From the NCBI GenBank assembly GCA_031414775.1, contig JANOQI010000032.1, forward strand, positions 1-48,467: a stretch of 48,467 nucleotides of DNA, read 5' to 3'. This DNA is from Synechococcales cyanobacterium VAR_4_metabat_354. GTDB lineage: Bacteria; Cyanobacteriota; Cyanobacteriia; Cyanobacteriales; Chamaesiphonaceae. The notes beneath the pieces were generated by a model. That model saw only the letters and a list, made by a program, of their open reading frames with translations, was not told the origin of the DNA and made no database searches. This document shows, piece by piece, positions 8,218 through 16,356 of this stretch (the first letter of the stretch is position 1; every line of letters starts with the position of its first letter). Both the position numbers and the translations under genes were made by a program.

Positions 8218-8862
8218 TTATTTTTGTCCCATTTTCTGGATAAAATACTCTTGTATTTCTTGCATAATATTATCTAAATCCATTTTGAAATTGTCATCAT
8301 CTACTGGTTCTTCCATCTGGCCACTAGCACCATTAATAATATTGAAATATTTGTCATTTGTCCCCCCAGATTGCCCCAAACCTTTAGAAATAAGCTTGTG
8401 ATAAACTTGTATAGCCACCCGCAGTCTTTTGGTCATACTAATAAGTTTATCTAGTTTTTCTCTGGCCTCTTCCCCAAACACTGCTTCTGCCTCAACCATC
8501 GCTGGATAAAGTCTAGATGTTTCTTCCCGGATATGCCTAAATCTTTTACTGTAAGCAAAAAAACTATTGTTAGCTCTTCGCTCATTCTCAGTTTCATTAC
8601 ATGTTAATTCACGTTCCGCCCATTCAGAAGGAGCTATTATTGTTATCTGAAGTATTCGAATTCGATCACGTATACTATAGGCCTTTGCCAAGGCTTGCTT
8701 GGCTGCTTCATACTCAATTTTTCCTTTCGATTCTTTTTGCCATTTATGTAGCCCTTTCCATGCAACTGCGGCTAATGTTATGTAGAAGAAAATTTGAGCA
8801 ACATCTTTAATGGGTTCTAGAAAAATTGTATATTCGAGCAGCAGTTCTTGATTGACGTTCAC
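8218..8862 (-). CDS. Hypothetical protein with an N-terminal hydrophobic helix, AT-rich
   Basis: 214 aa open frame with one TM-like segment (QIFFYITLAAVAW) and a charged helical remainder. The DNA is visibly more AT-rich than the flanks. Confidence 0.7.
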   Translation of the reverse strand: MNVNQELLLEYTIFLEPIKDVAQIFFYITLAAVAWKGLHKWQKESKGKIEYEAAKQALAKAYSIRDRIRILQITIIAPSEWAERELTCNETENERRANNSFFAYSKRFRHIREETSRLYPAMVEAEAVFGEEAREKLDKLISMTKRLRVAIQVYHKLISKGLGQSGGTNDKYFNIINGASGQMEEPVDDDNFKMDLDNIMQEIQEYFIQKMGQK

Positions 8863-9068
8863 GAGTAGTTTGACTCCAAATATCTAATACTAAATCGATT
8901 TGTTGTGTTGCTCTACATAATGTCTATTACAGCTCTGATTTCATAAATTGCGCTAATTGGCAATTGGGGTTTATACCGAAGCTATCATCTTTTGCCAAGA
9001 GACATTTCCAGCCAGTCCAAAGTAAAGCCTACGCTCCCCAGAATTCAGTGAATAGCTAGGACATGGGG

Positions 9069-9171
9069 CAATACTGTTCGGATAAGCTCTCATTGGCCTT
9101 AGATAATAGGCTGGATGCCGCATTATTGCGTTAGCCAAACCTACCGATTTCTCCTTAACCGAACGGTATTG
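9069..9171. mobile_element. 103-bp MITE (Nezha-like, IS4-family-type ends) with a 10-bp target-site duplication
   Basis: TIRs caatactgttcggataag (9069-9086) and cttaaccgaacggtattg (9154-9171) match at 16/18. A perfect direct repeat ggacatgggg flanks it at 9059-9068 and 9172-9181. Confidence 0.92.
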
Positions 9172-9258
9172 GGACATGGGGCAGGTAGTGAAAATGGTGA
9201 AGGCTGCGTCCTTTGCGGCTAGAGAATACTTTTAGGTATTCGTTGCTGTGGTTATTCT

Positions 9259-9765
9259 TCATTGGTTCAGACTTCGTAAGTCCTTGAGTGAAATCATCAG
9301 TGTCATTGGTTCGAGGGGAGATGCATCAAATCCCAAAGCTAAATAGAAATCTCTGGCTTGCGGTGAAATAGCATGAACGATAATTCCACGTATTCCGATC
9401 GTGTCCGCTGCTTGCATCACCCGTAGCGCCGCATCGCGAAATAAAGCGCGTCCTAAACCTTGTCCTTGGTAAGAAGTATCGATCGCTAGTCTTGCCAAAA
9501 TCACTACCGGAATAGGGTCGGGCATATTCCGCCTAAAACTTCCTTGTACAGACTGACTACTAATCGCCCCAGAAGCAAGGGTATAATATCCGACTACCTG
9601 CTCATCAACACAGGCGACAAGGGTTCGGGTAGACCCGCTATTTTGGTTGTTCAGTGCCCGTCGTTTTAACCAATCGTCCAGAGCAGTAGTTCCACAGGAA
9701 AAATCAGCGATCAAATGGTGAGTAACTAACGGCTCAGGAGGCGTAAAATTCACTCTTACTCCCAA
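9259..9765 (-). CDS. GNAT acetyltransferase toxin (AtaT/TacT-like), type II TA
   Basis: FSCG..LDDWL, RRNMPDPIPVVILARLAID..YQGQGLG and FY..LGF motifs. It overlaps the upstream antitoxin stop; the exact start is uncertain (9765 or 9753). Confidence 0.9.
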   Translation of the reverse strand: MGVRVNFTPPEPLVTHHLIADFSCGTTALDDWLKRRALNNQNSGSTRTLVACVDEQVVGYYTLASGAISSQSVQGSFRRNMPDPIPVVILARLAIDTSYQGQGLGRALFRDAALRVMQAADTIGIRGIIVHAISPQARDFYLALGFDASPLEPMTLMISLKDLRSLNQ

Positions 9766-10046
9766 GGCGCTGTCGTTTGCATAGTCTTACGCAAACGTTC
9801 ATTAGGTTGTGCTGGGGCATCTAAAAGGATTAGAAATTCAGCATAAGCTTCTGGACTAGCCCAAAAAATAGTACGCTCTAGCAGAGTTTCCTCAGCCATA
9901 TTGCGAGCAGCTTCCAAAATAAAATCGGTTCGATTCTTCCCTTTGACTTTCGCTGCCATGTCTATAAGATCACGTTCTTCTGGCTTGATTCGCAAATTGA
10001 GAGTATTTCGTGGAGTTGTTTTTGAGGTCGTCATAGTCTTGACCAA
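9756..10046 (-). CDS. DUF1778 ribbon-helix-helix antitoxin (AtaR/TacA-like)
   Basis: LNLRI..EERDLIDMAA..GKNRTDFILEAA and C-terminal LDAP..PNERLR..PW motifs. Confidence 0.9.
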   Translation of the reverse strand: MVKTMTTSKTTPRNTLNLRIKPEERDLIDMAAKVKGKNRTDFILEAARNMAEETLLERTIFWASPEAYAEFLILLDAPAQPNERLRKTMQTTAPWE

Positions 10047-10063
10047 GTAGCTTTTACAATACT

Positions 10064-10095
10064 ATTCTAGCACTTTGTAATGACAATGACATTAC
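10064..10095 (-). promoter_or_regulatory. TA operon promoter: -10 TAGAAT plus inverted-repeat operator
   Basis: gtaatg-N7-cattac (10077-10095) lies immediately upstream of the minus-strand TAGAAT (10069-10064). Confidence 0.6.
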
Positions 10096-10523
10096 TAACC
10101 AACTTCTAATACTTTCATAGCCTGTCGCTTACAGAACGATGATCTGAGTAAAAAATCTGTCTTGTGGTTAAGCTCTTCTGAAGCGCTGAAAACCTAGCAG
10201 CTCCAGCCCCTAGTGAAGATGTGGAATTGTGGGCAGCAAAGATTCGATCGGCAATGGCTAACTGCGGTGAAATGAGGTTGCTGGAATTGCAGTGGCGCTC
10301 TGGGTTATCCTTGATAGATGTGTGGCTAGGGTTAATCCTGGACGACACTGATTGCTTGGTGCGACGGCGTTCTTGGGGTGTCGTGGATAGCGAGGATTTC
10401 TATGGGGGCGATGGGTTGTGGGGCATGTGCTAATTACGGATTTATTGCCCTCTCAATCTAAAATGTCATATAACCTCAACTCTTTAAAACATGCCTTAAA
10501 GTGATCCAAGCTAATTCACCACC

Positions 10524-11357
10524 ATGAAAACTCTTCAACTTCCCTCTGGACAAACTGTTCCTATCTTGGGCATGGGTACTTGGCAGATGGGGGAGCAAGC
10601 CCAAAATCGGCAAAGCGAGATAGCTGCCTTGCGCCACGGACTAGATCTGGGGCTTTTCCTTATTGATACCGCTGAAATGTATGGGGAAGGGGGAGCCGAA
10701 GAAGTTGTTGGCCAAGCGATCGCTAACCAGCGGTCAGAAGTTTTTCTGGTTAGCAAAGTTTATCCACATAACGCATCGAGACGAGGAACGATTGCCGCCT
10801 GTGAACGCAGTCTGAAGCGATTGAACACTGACTACCTCGATCTCTATTTATTGCACTGGCCAGGTTCTATTCCTTTGGCCGAGACCCTGGCAGCTTTTCA
10901 AACACTGCACCAAGCCGGGAAAATTCGTAGCTATGGGGTTAGTAATTTTGATGTTCAAGACATGGCGAAAGCTTCACTCCTAAACGGTGGCAGCGCCATT
11001 GCAACCAACCAAGTACTCTACAACTTGATGCGCCGGGGAATTGAATTAAACTTACTGCCTTGGTGTCGGCAACAAAATATGCCGATCATGGCCTATTCTC
11101 CGATCGAACAAGGACGTTTACTACCTCATCCCACTCTCCAGGTAATCGCTCATGATCGGGGAGTTACGGTGGCTCAAGTAGCTATCGCTTGGTTGTTACA
11201 TCAAGATAATGTCATTGTGATTCCTAAATCCAGTCGTATTGATCATATGGAGGAAAATCGGGCTGCCCTAGATTTAAAATTAAGTGCGACGGAATTGGCT
11301 ACTCTCAATCAGACTTTTCCCACTCCTAATCAACCTGTGCCTCTGGAGATGTTATAA
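10524..11357 (+). CDS. Aldo/keto reductase
   Basis: LGMGTW, IDTAEMYG, LVSK, DLYLLHWP, GVSNF, NQVLYN and IPKS motifs. Confidence 0.93.
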   Translation: MKTLQLPSGQTVPILGMGTWQMGEQAQNRQSEIAALRHGLDLGLFLIDTAEMYGEGGAEEVVGQAIANQRSEVFLVSKVYPHNASRRGTIAACERSLKRLNTDYLDLYLLHWPGSIPLAETLAAFQTLHQAGKIRSYGVSNFDVQDMAKASLLNGGSAIATNQVLYNLMRRGIELNLLPWCRQQNMPIMAYSPIEQGRLLPHPTLQVIAHDRGVTVAQVAIAWLLHQDNVIVIPKSSRIDHMEENRAALDLKLSATELATLNQTFPTPNQPVPLEML

Positions 11358-11360
11358 ACC

Positions 11361-12578
11361 ATGTCAGATCGACCCTATGATGTGATCCTTTACGGTGCCA
11401 GTGGCTTCGTTGGAAAACAGACAGTGCAGTACTTTGCTCGTCACCCGGCTGTTGAAGGAGTGCGGTGGGCAATTGCTGGGCGTAACCGTCAAAAACTAGA
11501 AGCAGTGAGGGCTGAAGTTGGGGTCACAGTGGACATATTAGTTGCTGACAGCCAGAACCAGCAAGCAGTGGACGATATCGTGTCTCAGACAAACGTGCTG
11601 CTCTCGACAGCCGGACCCTTCGCTATTTATGGCAATGCCCTGGTCGATGCCTGTGTACGCCTGAAAACTCATTACGTGGACATTACTGGCGAGACCCCTT
11701 GGATCAAAACTTTAATCGATCGATATCATACTCAAGCAGCCTTCGACGGCACCCGAATTATTCCTGCTTGCGGATTTGATTCTGTTCCATCCGATTTAGG
11801 AGCTTACTTGGTTGCTCGTCACATCCAGCAAAAAGTTGGTCTCCCTTGCAAATCAGTGAATGCCTATTTTCAGGCTGCCGGGGGCTTAAACGGTGGAACA
11901 CTTGCCTCTGGTTTCCATTTGTATGATTCAGACCAGGCATCGCAATTGAATGATCCGTTTCTGCTCAATCCACCGATATTTCATCCACCAACTGCCAACG
12001 CTGAACACCAAGATCCGACAACTCTTTCTTATGCAAAGGATCTAAATACCTGGGTCTGCCCTTTCTTTATGGGGCCAGTCAACACGAGAATTGTACGGCG
12101 CAGTGGCGCTTTGTATGATCAGTGGCAAGACTCTTACGGTGCTGATTTTACTTATCAAGAGTACTTCAAAGTTGAAGAACCGATGGCTTGGCTAAAAGCA
12201 ACGAGTATCACCATTGGACTAGCTTTTTTTGTCGGTGTTTTGCAGTATCCTTGGCTGCGATCGATCGTTCAACCTTTATTGCCCAAAGCTGGTGATGGTC
12301 CCTCGGAACAAACCATGAATGAAGGCTGGTTTTCCTGCGAATTGGTGGGGACTGCTACAGATGGTAGTCAGGTGAGAGGATTGATTAGCGACCAGGGAGA
12401 TCCCGGTAATCGAGCCACAGTCAAATTTTTGTGTGAATCTGCTTTATGTTTAGTTTTGCAGAGCGAGCAATTGCCGGGTGGTAAAACACGCGGTGGGGTC
12501 TTAACTCCGGCCACTGGACTAGGAGATGTTTTGATAAAGAGGCTACGTCAAGCGGGGATGACAATAGAGATTCTGTGA
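11361..12578 (+). CDS. Saccharopine dehydrogenase-like NAD(P)-binding oxidoreductase
   Basis: YGASGFVG, AIAGRN, YVDITGE, CGFDSVPSDLG and GGVLTPA motifs. It starts 3 bp after the AKR gene, suggesting an operon. Confidence 0.88.
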   Translation: MSDRPYDVILYGASGFVGKQTVQYFARHPAVEGVRWAIAGRNRQKLEAVRAEVGVTVDILVADSQNQQAVDDIVSQTNVLLSTAGPFAIYGNALVDACVRLKTHYVDITGETPWIKTLIDRYHTQAAFDGTRIIPACGFDSVPSDLGAYLVARHIQQKVGLPCKSVNAYFQAAGGLNGGTLASGFHLYDSDQASQLNDPFLLNPPIFHPPTANAEHQDPTTLSYAKDLNTWVCPFFMGPVNTRIVRRSGALYDQWQDSYGADFTYQEYFKVEEPMAWLKATSITIGLAFFVGVLQYPWLRSIVQPLLPKAGDGPSEQTMNEGWFSCELVGTATDGSQVRGLISDQGDPGNRATVKFLCESALCLVLQSEQLPGGKTRGGVLTPATGLGDVLIKRLRQAGMTIEIL

Positions 12579-12710
12579 GCCTTCCTTCAGTGCCCCACCC
12601 CGCCGACCATAGCGATAATTCACCAGAAAAGTATGGAAAGCCTGGAAGCCCCATCTCTATAGAGTGGGAAGTAGAGGCGACGCAAGCGAATTTATTCGCC
12701 TCCAATATTT

Positions 12711-13115
12711 TCAACAATGATGTGGGTCATTAATATATCTTTCTATTGTGTCAGCTGAAACATTGCCAGCAGTAGAAAAGAAGTAACTATTAGTCCACAT
12801 AGAGGGAAGCCTTCTTAGATGCTCAAACTCTTTTCTTAGATAATTTGCCGATCTACTCTTAAAAGCTTTGACAACTTGATATATGGCATCGGTAGGGTGT
12901 ACCTCAATAAACAGGTGAATATGGTCTGGCGCAACTTCTAAGGCTCGAATATTCCAGTCTTTTTCAGTTGCTAGTTCAGCAAATATTTGAAAGATCCTAT
13001 CCCTAACTTCTCCGACCAGCACCTTTTTTCGGCGTTTAGGTATCCAAATTAGATGCACTACTGCCAACCCTACGGCATGGTTATAATGCCTGTACTCGTA
13101 AGATTTTTTTCTCAT
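12711..13115 (-). CDS. tnpA: IS200/IS605 Y1 HUH transposase TnpA
   Basis: HLIWIPKRRK, DHIH (HUH), W..SYFFSTAG and catalytic Tyr in IERYI. Confidence 0.95.
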   Translation of the reverse strand: MRKKSYEYRHYNHAVGLAVVHLIWIPKRRKKVLVGEVRDRIFQIFAELATEKDWNIRALEVAPDHIHLFIEVHPTDAIYQVVKAFKSRSANYLRKEFEHLRRLPSMWTNSYFFSTAGNVSADTIERYINDPHHC

Positions 13116-13182
13116 AGGGGGTTAGATTGACAGTTGTTTTAATTGTAGATTAGTATGGAGAGAACGTCAAAAATAACAATAA

Positions 13183-14505
13183 ATGTTTGGATGTCAACAA
13201 AACTTACTCAATCCAAGTCCAGAGCTGAAAGCTATCCTAGAATTCTTATGCAGTGAATCAGCCAAGCTAACTAATTGTGGAGTTTATTATTCTCGGCAAT
13301 TATTTTTCAAGACTGGCAAAATTCCATCAAGAGCTGATCTACATAAAGAGATTGGGACAAGAAATCAAAATAAGCATTATCAAGCTTTTTACTCGGATAC
13401 AGCACAACAGATTTTAACTACTGTGGCGGAATCTTTTAAATCTTACATTGGGCTGCTAAAAGGATTCTACAAGGGAACCATAGATAAAAGACCAAGGCTA
13501 CCAGGGTATAGAAAAGGAGGAATAGCCTTAGTAACATACACTGGCAGGTCAGTCAGGCTTAAAGATGGGATGCTTGTTTTCCCTCTAGGGACAAAGATTA
13601 AAGCTTGGTTTGGAATTAATTCCTTTACTGTGCCAATGCCGTCAAACTTGGACTATAAGGATATTAGAGAATATAGAATCCTACCCAGAAATGGGTGCTT
13701 CTATTTGGAGATGATCTACAAAAATGAGTCCCAGAAGTTTCAGCTACGTGCCGCCCCAATTACTGGGGAAACCCCAGCAACAGGCGGAGCACTACTTGAT
13801 GCGGCTAAGGTTTTAGGGATTGACCATGGCTTGAACAACTGGTTGACCTGCTTAAGCAATATTGGGACATCTTTTATAGTCGATGGCTTAAAGCTGAAGT
13901 CTTTGAACCAGTTCTACAATAAACAGATAGCTAATATCAAAGACAAAAAGCCTCAAGGATTTTGGTCTTTGAAGTTGGCTGCTATTACCGAAAAGCGTAA
14001 TAGACAAGTTCGAGATGCTATAAACAAGGCAGCGAGAATAGTTGTTAGCCACTGCCTATCAAATGGTATTGGGACTATTGTATTTGGCTGGAACAAGAGT
14101 CAAAAAGATGGTGCAGACATGGGGAGAAAAAATAATCAAAAGTTTGTCCAAATTCCAACGGCTAGACTTAAAAATAGAATCTCTGAGCTGTGTGAACAGT
14201 ATGGAATTCAGTTTGTTGAAACAGAAGAAAGCTACACCAGTAAAGCAAGTTTTCTAGATTCCGATATTCTGCCTGTGTTCGGCGCAAAACCTGAAGGGTG
14301 GAAAAAATCTGGAAGACGTGTATCTCGTGGGTTATACCGTAGTGCTGATGGCACAAGAATCAATGCTGACTGTAATGGAGCAGCAAACATCATTAGAAAA
14401 GTAGCGGTAACTTTAGGGCTATGCCTTGAGGGAATCAGTAGCGGCGCATTGACTACGCCTTTGAGAGTCCGAATATGGGCTGTTCAAGAATCTCCGTCTC
14501 TTTAG
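13183..14505 (+). CDS. tnpB: RNA-guided endonuclease TnpB (RuvC with shifted second acidic residue)
   Basis: LGIDHG (RuvC-I), IVFGWN with downstream TEESYTSK, and INADCNGA (RuvC-III). No CxxC zinc ribbon. Ends within the IS right-end hairpin. Confidence 0.93.
   Translation: MFGCQQNLLNPSPELKAILEFLCSESAKLTNCGVYYSRQLFFKTGKIPSRADLHKEIGTRNQNKHYQAFYSDTAQQILTTVAESFKSYIGLLKGFYKGTIDKRPRLPGYRKGGIALVTYTGRSVRLKDGMLVFPLGTKIKAWFGINSFTVPMPSNLDYKDIREYRILPRNGCFYLEMIYKNESQKFQLRAAPITGETPATGGALLDAAKVLGIDHGLNNWLTCLSNIGTSFIVDGLKLKSLNQFYNKQIANIKDKKPQGFWSLKLAAITEKRNRQVRDAINKAARIVVSHCLSNGIGTIVFGWNKSQKDGADMGRKNNQKFVQIPTARLKNRISELCEQYGIQFVETEESYTSKASFLDSDILPVFGAKPEGWKKSGRRVSRGLYRSADGTRINADCNGAANIIRKVAVTLGLCLEGISSGALTTPLRVRIWAVQESPSL
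13747..13794 (+). repeat. ~48-nt structured in-frame insertion within tnpB
   Basis: cgtgccgccccaattactgggg-aaa-ccccagcaacaggcggagcacta is a GC-rich nested hairpin in AT-rich tnpB. CTAC is repeated 48 nt apart. It encodes RAAPITGETPATGGAL. Confidence 0.75.
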
Positions 14506-14540
14506 AGCGGGGAGTGTTAAACAGATCAACCTCATAAACT
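14330..14540 (+). ncRNA. Predicted omega/reRNA of TnpB (5' boundary approximate); guide = flank 14521-14540
   Basis: Inferred from established IS605 architecture: the scaffold overlaps the tnpB 3' end and right end, and the guide is the adjacent flank (acagatcaacctcataaact). Confidence 0.5.
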
Positions 14541-14720
14541 TTATCCGAGCTACCCGCTTGGTAAACCAAGGTTTGGCGTTGAATTAGTTGCATGAGCGGC
14601 ATCCGATCAAATACTTTAAGTATTATTGTACTATAAAGTTTGGAAGATCGATCGCAAGTACCAGAAACAAATTGGGAACACTAACGAGGAATCGATATCT
14701 TCATCCCTAGAGCTAAAAAT

Positions 14721-14837
14721 ATGCTAGTACTTATTATTGGGTTATTGACAGCAATCGTTTTGCTAGTTGTAACAAAGTCTATAGACAGAATCAATAGCAT
14801 TGTTAAAATCGTGAATGAAATAAAAGGAGATGTCTAA
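14721..14837 (+). CDS. Putative 38-aa single-TM small protein (not in the ORF track)
   Basis: MLVLIIGLLTAIVLLVVTKSIDRINSIVKIVNEIKGDV*; hydrophobic N-terminus and amphipathic tail. Confidence 0.35.
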   Translation: MLVLIIGLLTAIVLLVVTKSIDRINSIVKIVNEIKGDV

Positions 14838-14898
14838 ACATTGAGTTTTCTCCATAGCCTTAAATAACAGCTAATCATCACTGCCCTGGTACTCAACG

Positions 14899-16320
14899 AT
14901 GTCCGAAACCAAAACCTATCTAGAACTATCTCAAGACGCTGGCACCGCCCACAAGTTCTACGAAGTCACAATCGATGGTAACGATGTCACCATTCGGTTC
15001 GGGCGAATTGGTGATAGCGGACAGAGTAAAACCACGGCTTACCCCACTCCCGAAAAAGCCCTCGCCGAAGCCACCAAGAAACTCAACGAAAAACGCAAAA
15101 AAGGCTATGAAGATGCTGTTGTGGGCATCCGACAAAAGCGATCGATCACCCGCCGCGAAATTGTTAGTAATCAATCCACTGCCAATAGTGCTCCAGTATT
15201 ATGGAAATTTGCTTCTGGCGCATCAGCTTTCGGGATTTTCATCGATGACCAGCGCTGTTTAGTCGGCAACCAAAACGGCCAAATTTTCAACCTCACCCCC
15301 GATGGTAAAGTCACCCAGCAATTCAAATTACCCGACGGCGTGAAATGTATTGTGGCAGATGACGACTGGCTATACGCAGGTTGCGACAACGGCAAAGTTT
15401 ACGATCTGAATGGTAAAGTTCCACGAGTTGCTTACGAAATCGCCGCCGATGTGGATATCTTTTGGCTGGACATTGCCGATGGGATTTTGGGGGTATCGGA
15501 TGCAGCAGGTAATATCACCACGATTAATCACGAGGAGGAATCTCAATGGAGCCGCAAAAGCAAAGGCAACTCCGGCTGGATGGTACGCTGCGATGAAATT
15601 GGCGTTTACCACGGCCACAGTGCCGGAGTCACAATGTATGACTGGGAAGATGGCCGGGTCATTTGGGAACAGCCGACCGACGGCTCAGTGCTCTTTGGTT
15701 GGCAAGAAGAGACTACCGTTTATGCTGGCACTGCCAACCATCAAGTTTATGCCTTCACTAAGGCCGGAGCCACTGGCCAGGTTTATCAATGTGATGGAGC
15801 AGTGTACTCCTGTGCGACAGCAGCAGATGGAAAATATGTATTTGCAGGGGATAACTATTCATCGATCTATTGCTTCAATGAGCAGGGCGACAGATTGTGG
15901 AAATTAGCGACGGGTTGTGGTTCGGCTTTCTCGATGCAATTCCACAATGAGCGACTATACATAGTTACCACTACTGGCTCACTAGCCTGTATCGATGTCA
16001 GTGAAATGGCGATCGCAGCGGCTCAGGCTGGGACAATTCCACAGGTAGTTAATGTTAAGTCACCCAAACTGGATGCTATCTTACCTTCTAACACTCTTGA
16101 AACTACAACTAACTTAAGTAACGGGGTAGTTCTTCAGTGCATCAAAGAGGGCAGTCAGTTGCGCGTGCGGATCGTATCCGAAGGCTATAATTCCAAGTGG
16201 AATGTTCAATTTCCGAATGAGTTGCGGCAAGCAGGTGCAAAATATTTAGTAGATGAAGTCCGAAAATCAGCTCGAGGTGGATTTTATCGAGCCTATGGCG
16301 ACATCAAGTCGATCGATTAA
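14899..16320 (+). CDS. WGR-domain protein with beta-propeller repeats
   Basis: N-terminal HKFYEV...IRFGRIG...EKRKKGY (WGR domain). Repeated W-x-F/G strands suggest a PQQ/WD40-like propeller, followed by a small C-terminal domain (WNVQFP, GFYRAYGDI). Confidence 0.85.
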   Translation: MSETKTYLELSQDAGTAHKFYEVTIDGNDVTIRFGRIGDSGQSKTTAYPTPEKALAEATKKLNEKRKKGYEDAVVGIRQKRSITRREIVSNQSTANSAPVLWKFASGASAFGIFIDDQRCLVGNQNGQIFNLTPDGKVTQQFKLPDGVKCIVADDDWLYAGCDNGKVYDLNGKVPRVAYEIAADVDIFWLDIADGILGVSDAAGNITTINHEEESQWSRKSKGNSGWMVRCDEIGVYHGHSAGVTMYDWEDGRVIWEQPTDGSVLFGWQEETTVYAGTANHQVYAFTKAGATGQVYQCDGAVYSCATAADGKYVFAGDNYSSIYCFNEQGDRLWKLATGCGSAFSMQFHNERLYIVTTTGSLACIDVSEMAIAAAQAGTIPQVVNVKSPKLDAILPSNTLETTTNLSNGVVLQCIKEGSQLRVRIVSEGYNSKWNVQFPNELRQAGAKYLVDEVRKSARGGFYRAYGDIKSID

Positions 16321-16356
16321 TTTAGTAGCCACTTCTTTAAAAAATCTAGCTTCTGG

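Larger units (their letters stand above)
12624..14520 (+). mobile_element. Complete IS200/IS605-family element (divergent tnpA + tnpB)
   Basis: Left end: TCAC (12620-12623), GAAG (12645-12648) and bulged hairpin ccca-t-ctctatagag-tggg (~12650-12668). Right end: GAAT (14488-14491), hairpin ctccg-t-ctc-ttta-gag-cgggg (14492-14512) and terminal TTAA (14517-14520). Confidence 0.85.

Noticed and set aside
8971..9177. 68-aa ORF
   Set aside because: It starts in the MITE target duplication and reads through the MITE, so it is a by-product of the insertion.
10115..10433. Two overlapping short ORFs upstream of the TA pair
   Set aside because: No family recognised in any frame. It may be a gene remnant, but this is not supportable from the sequence.
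13183..14505. TnpB as a Cas12f-like CRISPR effector or a catalytically dead TldR
   Set aside because: No array nearby, tnpA and both IS ends are present, and an alternative catalytic Glu is available.
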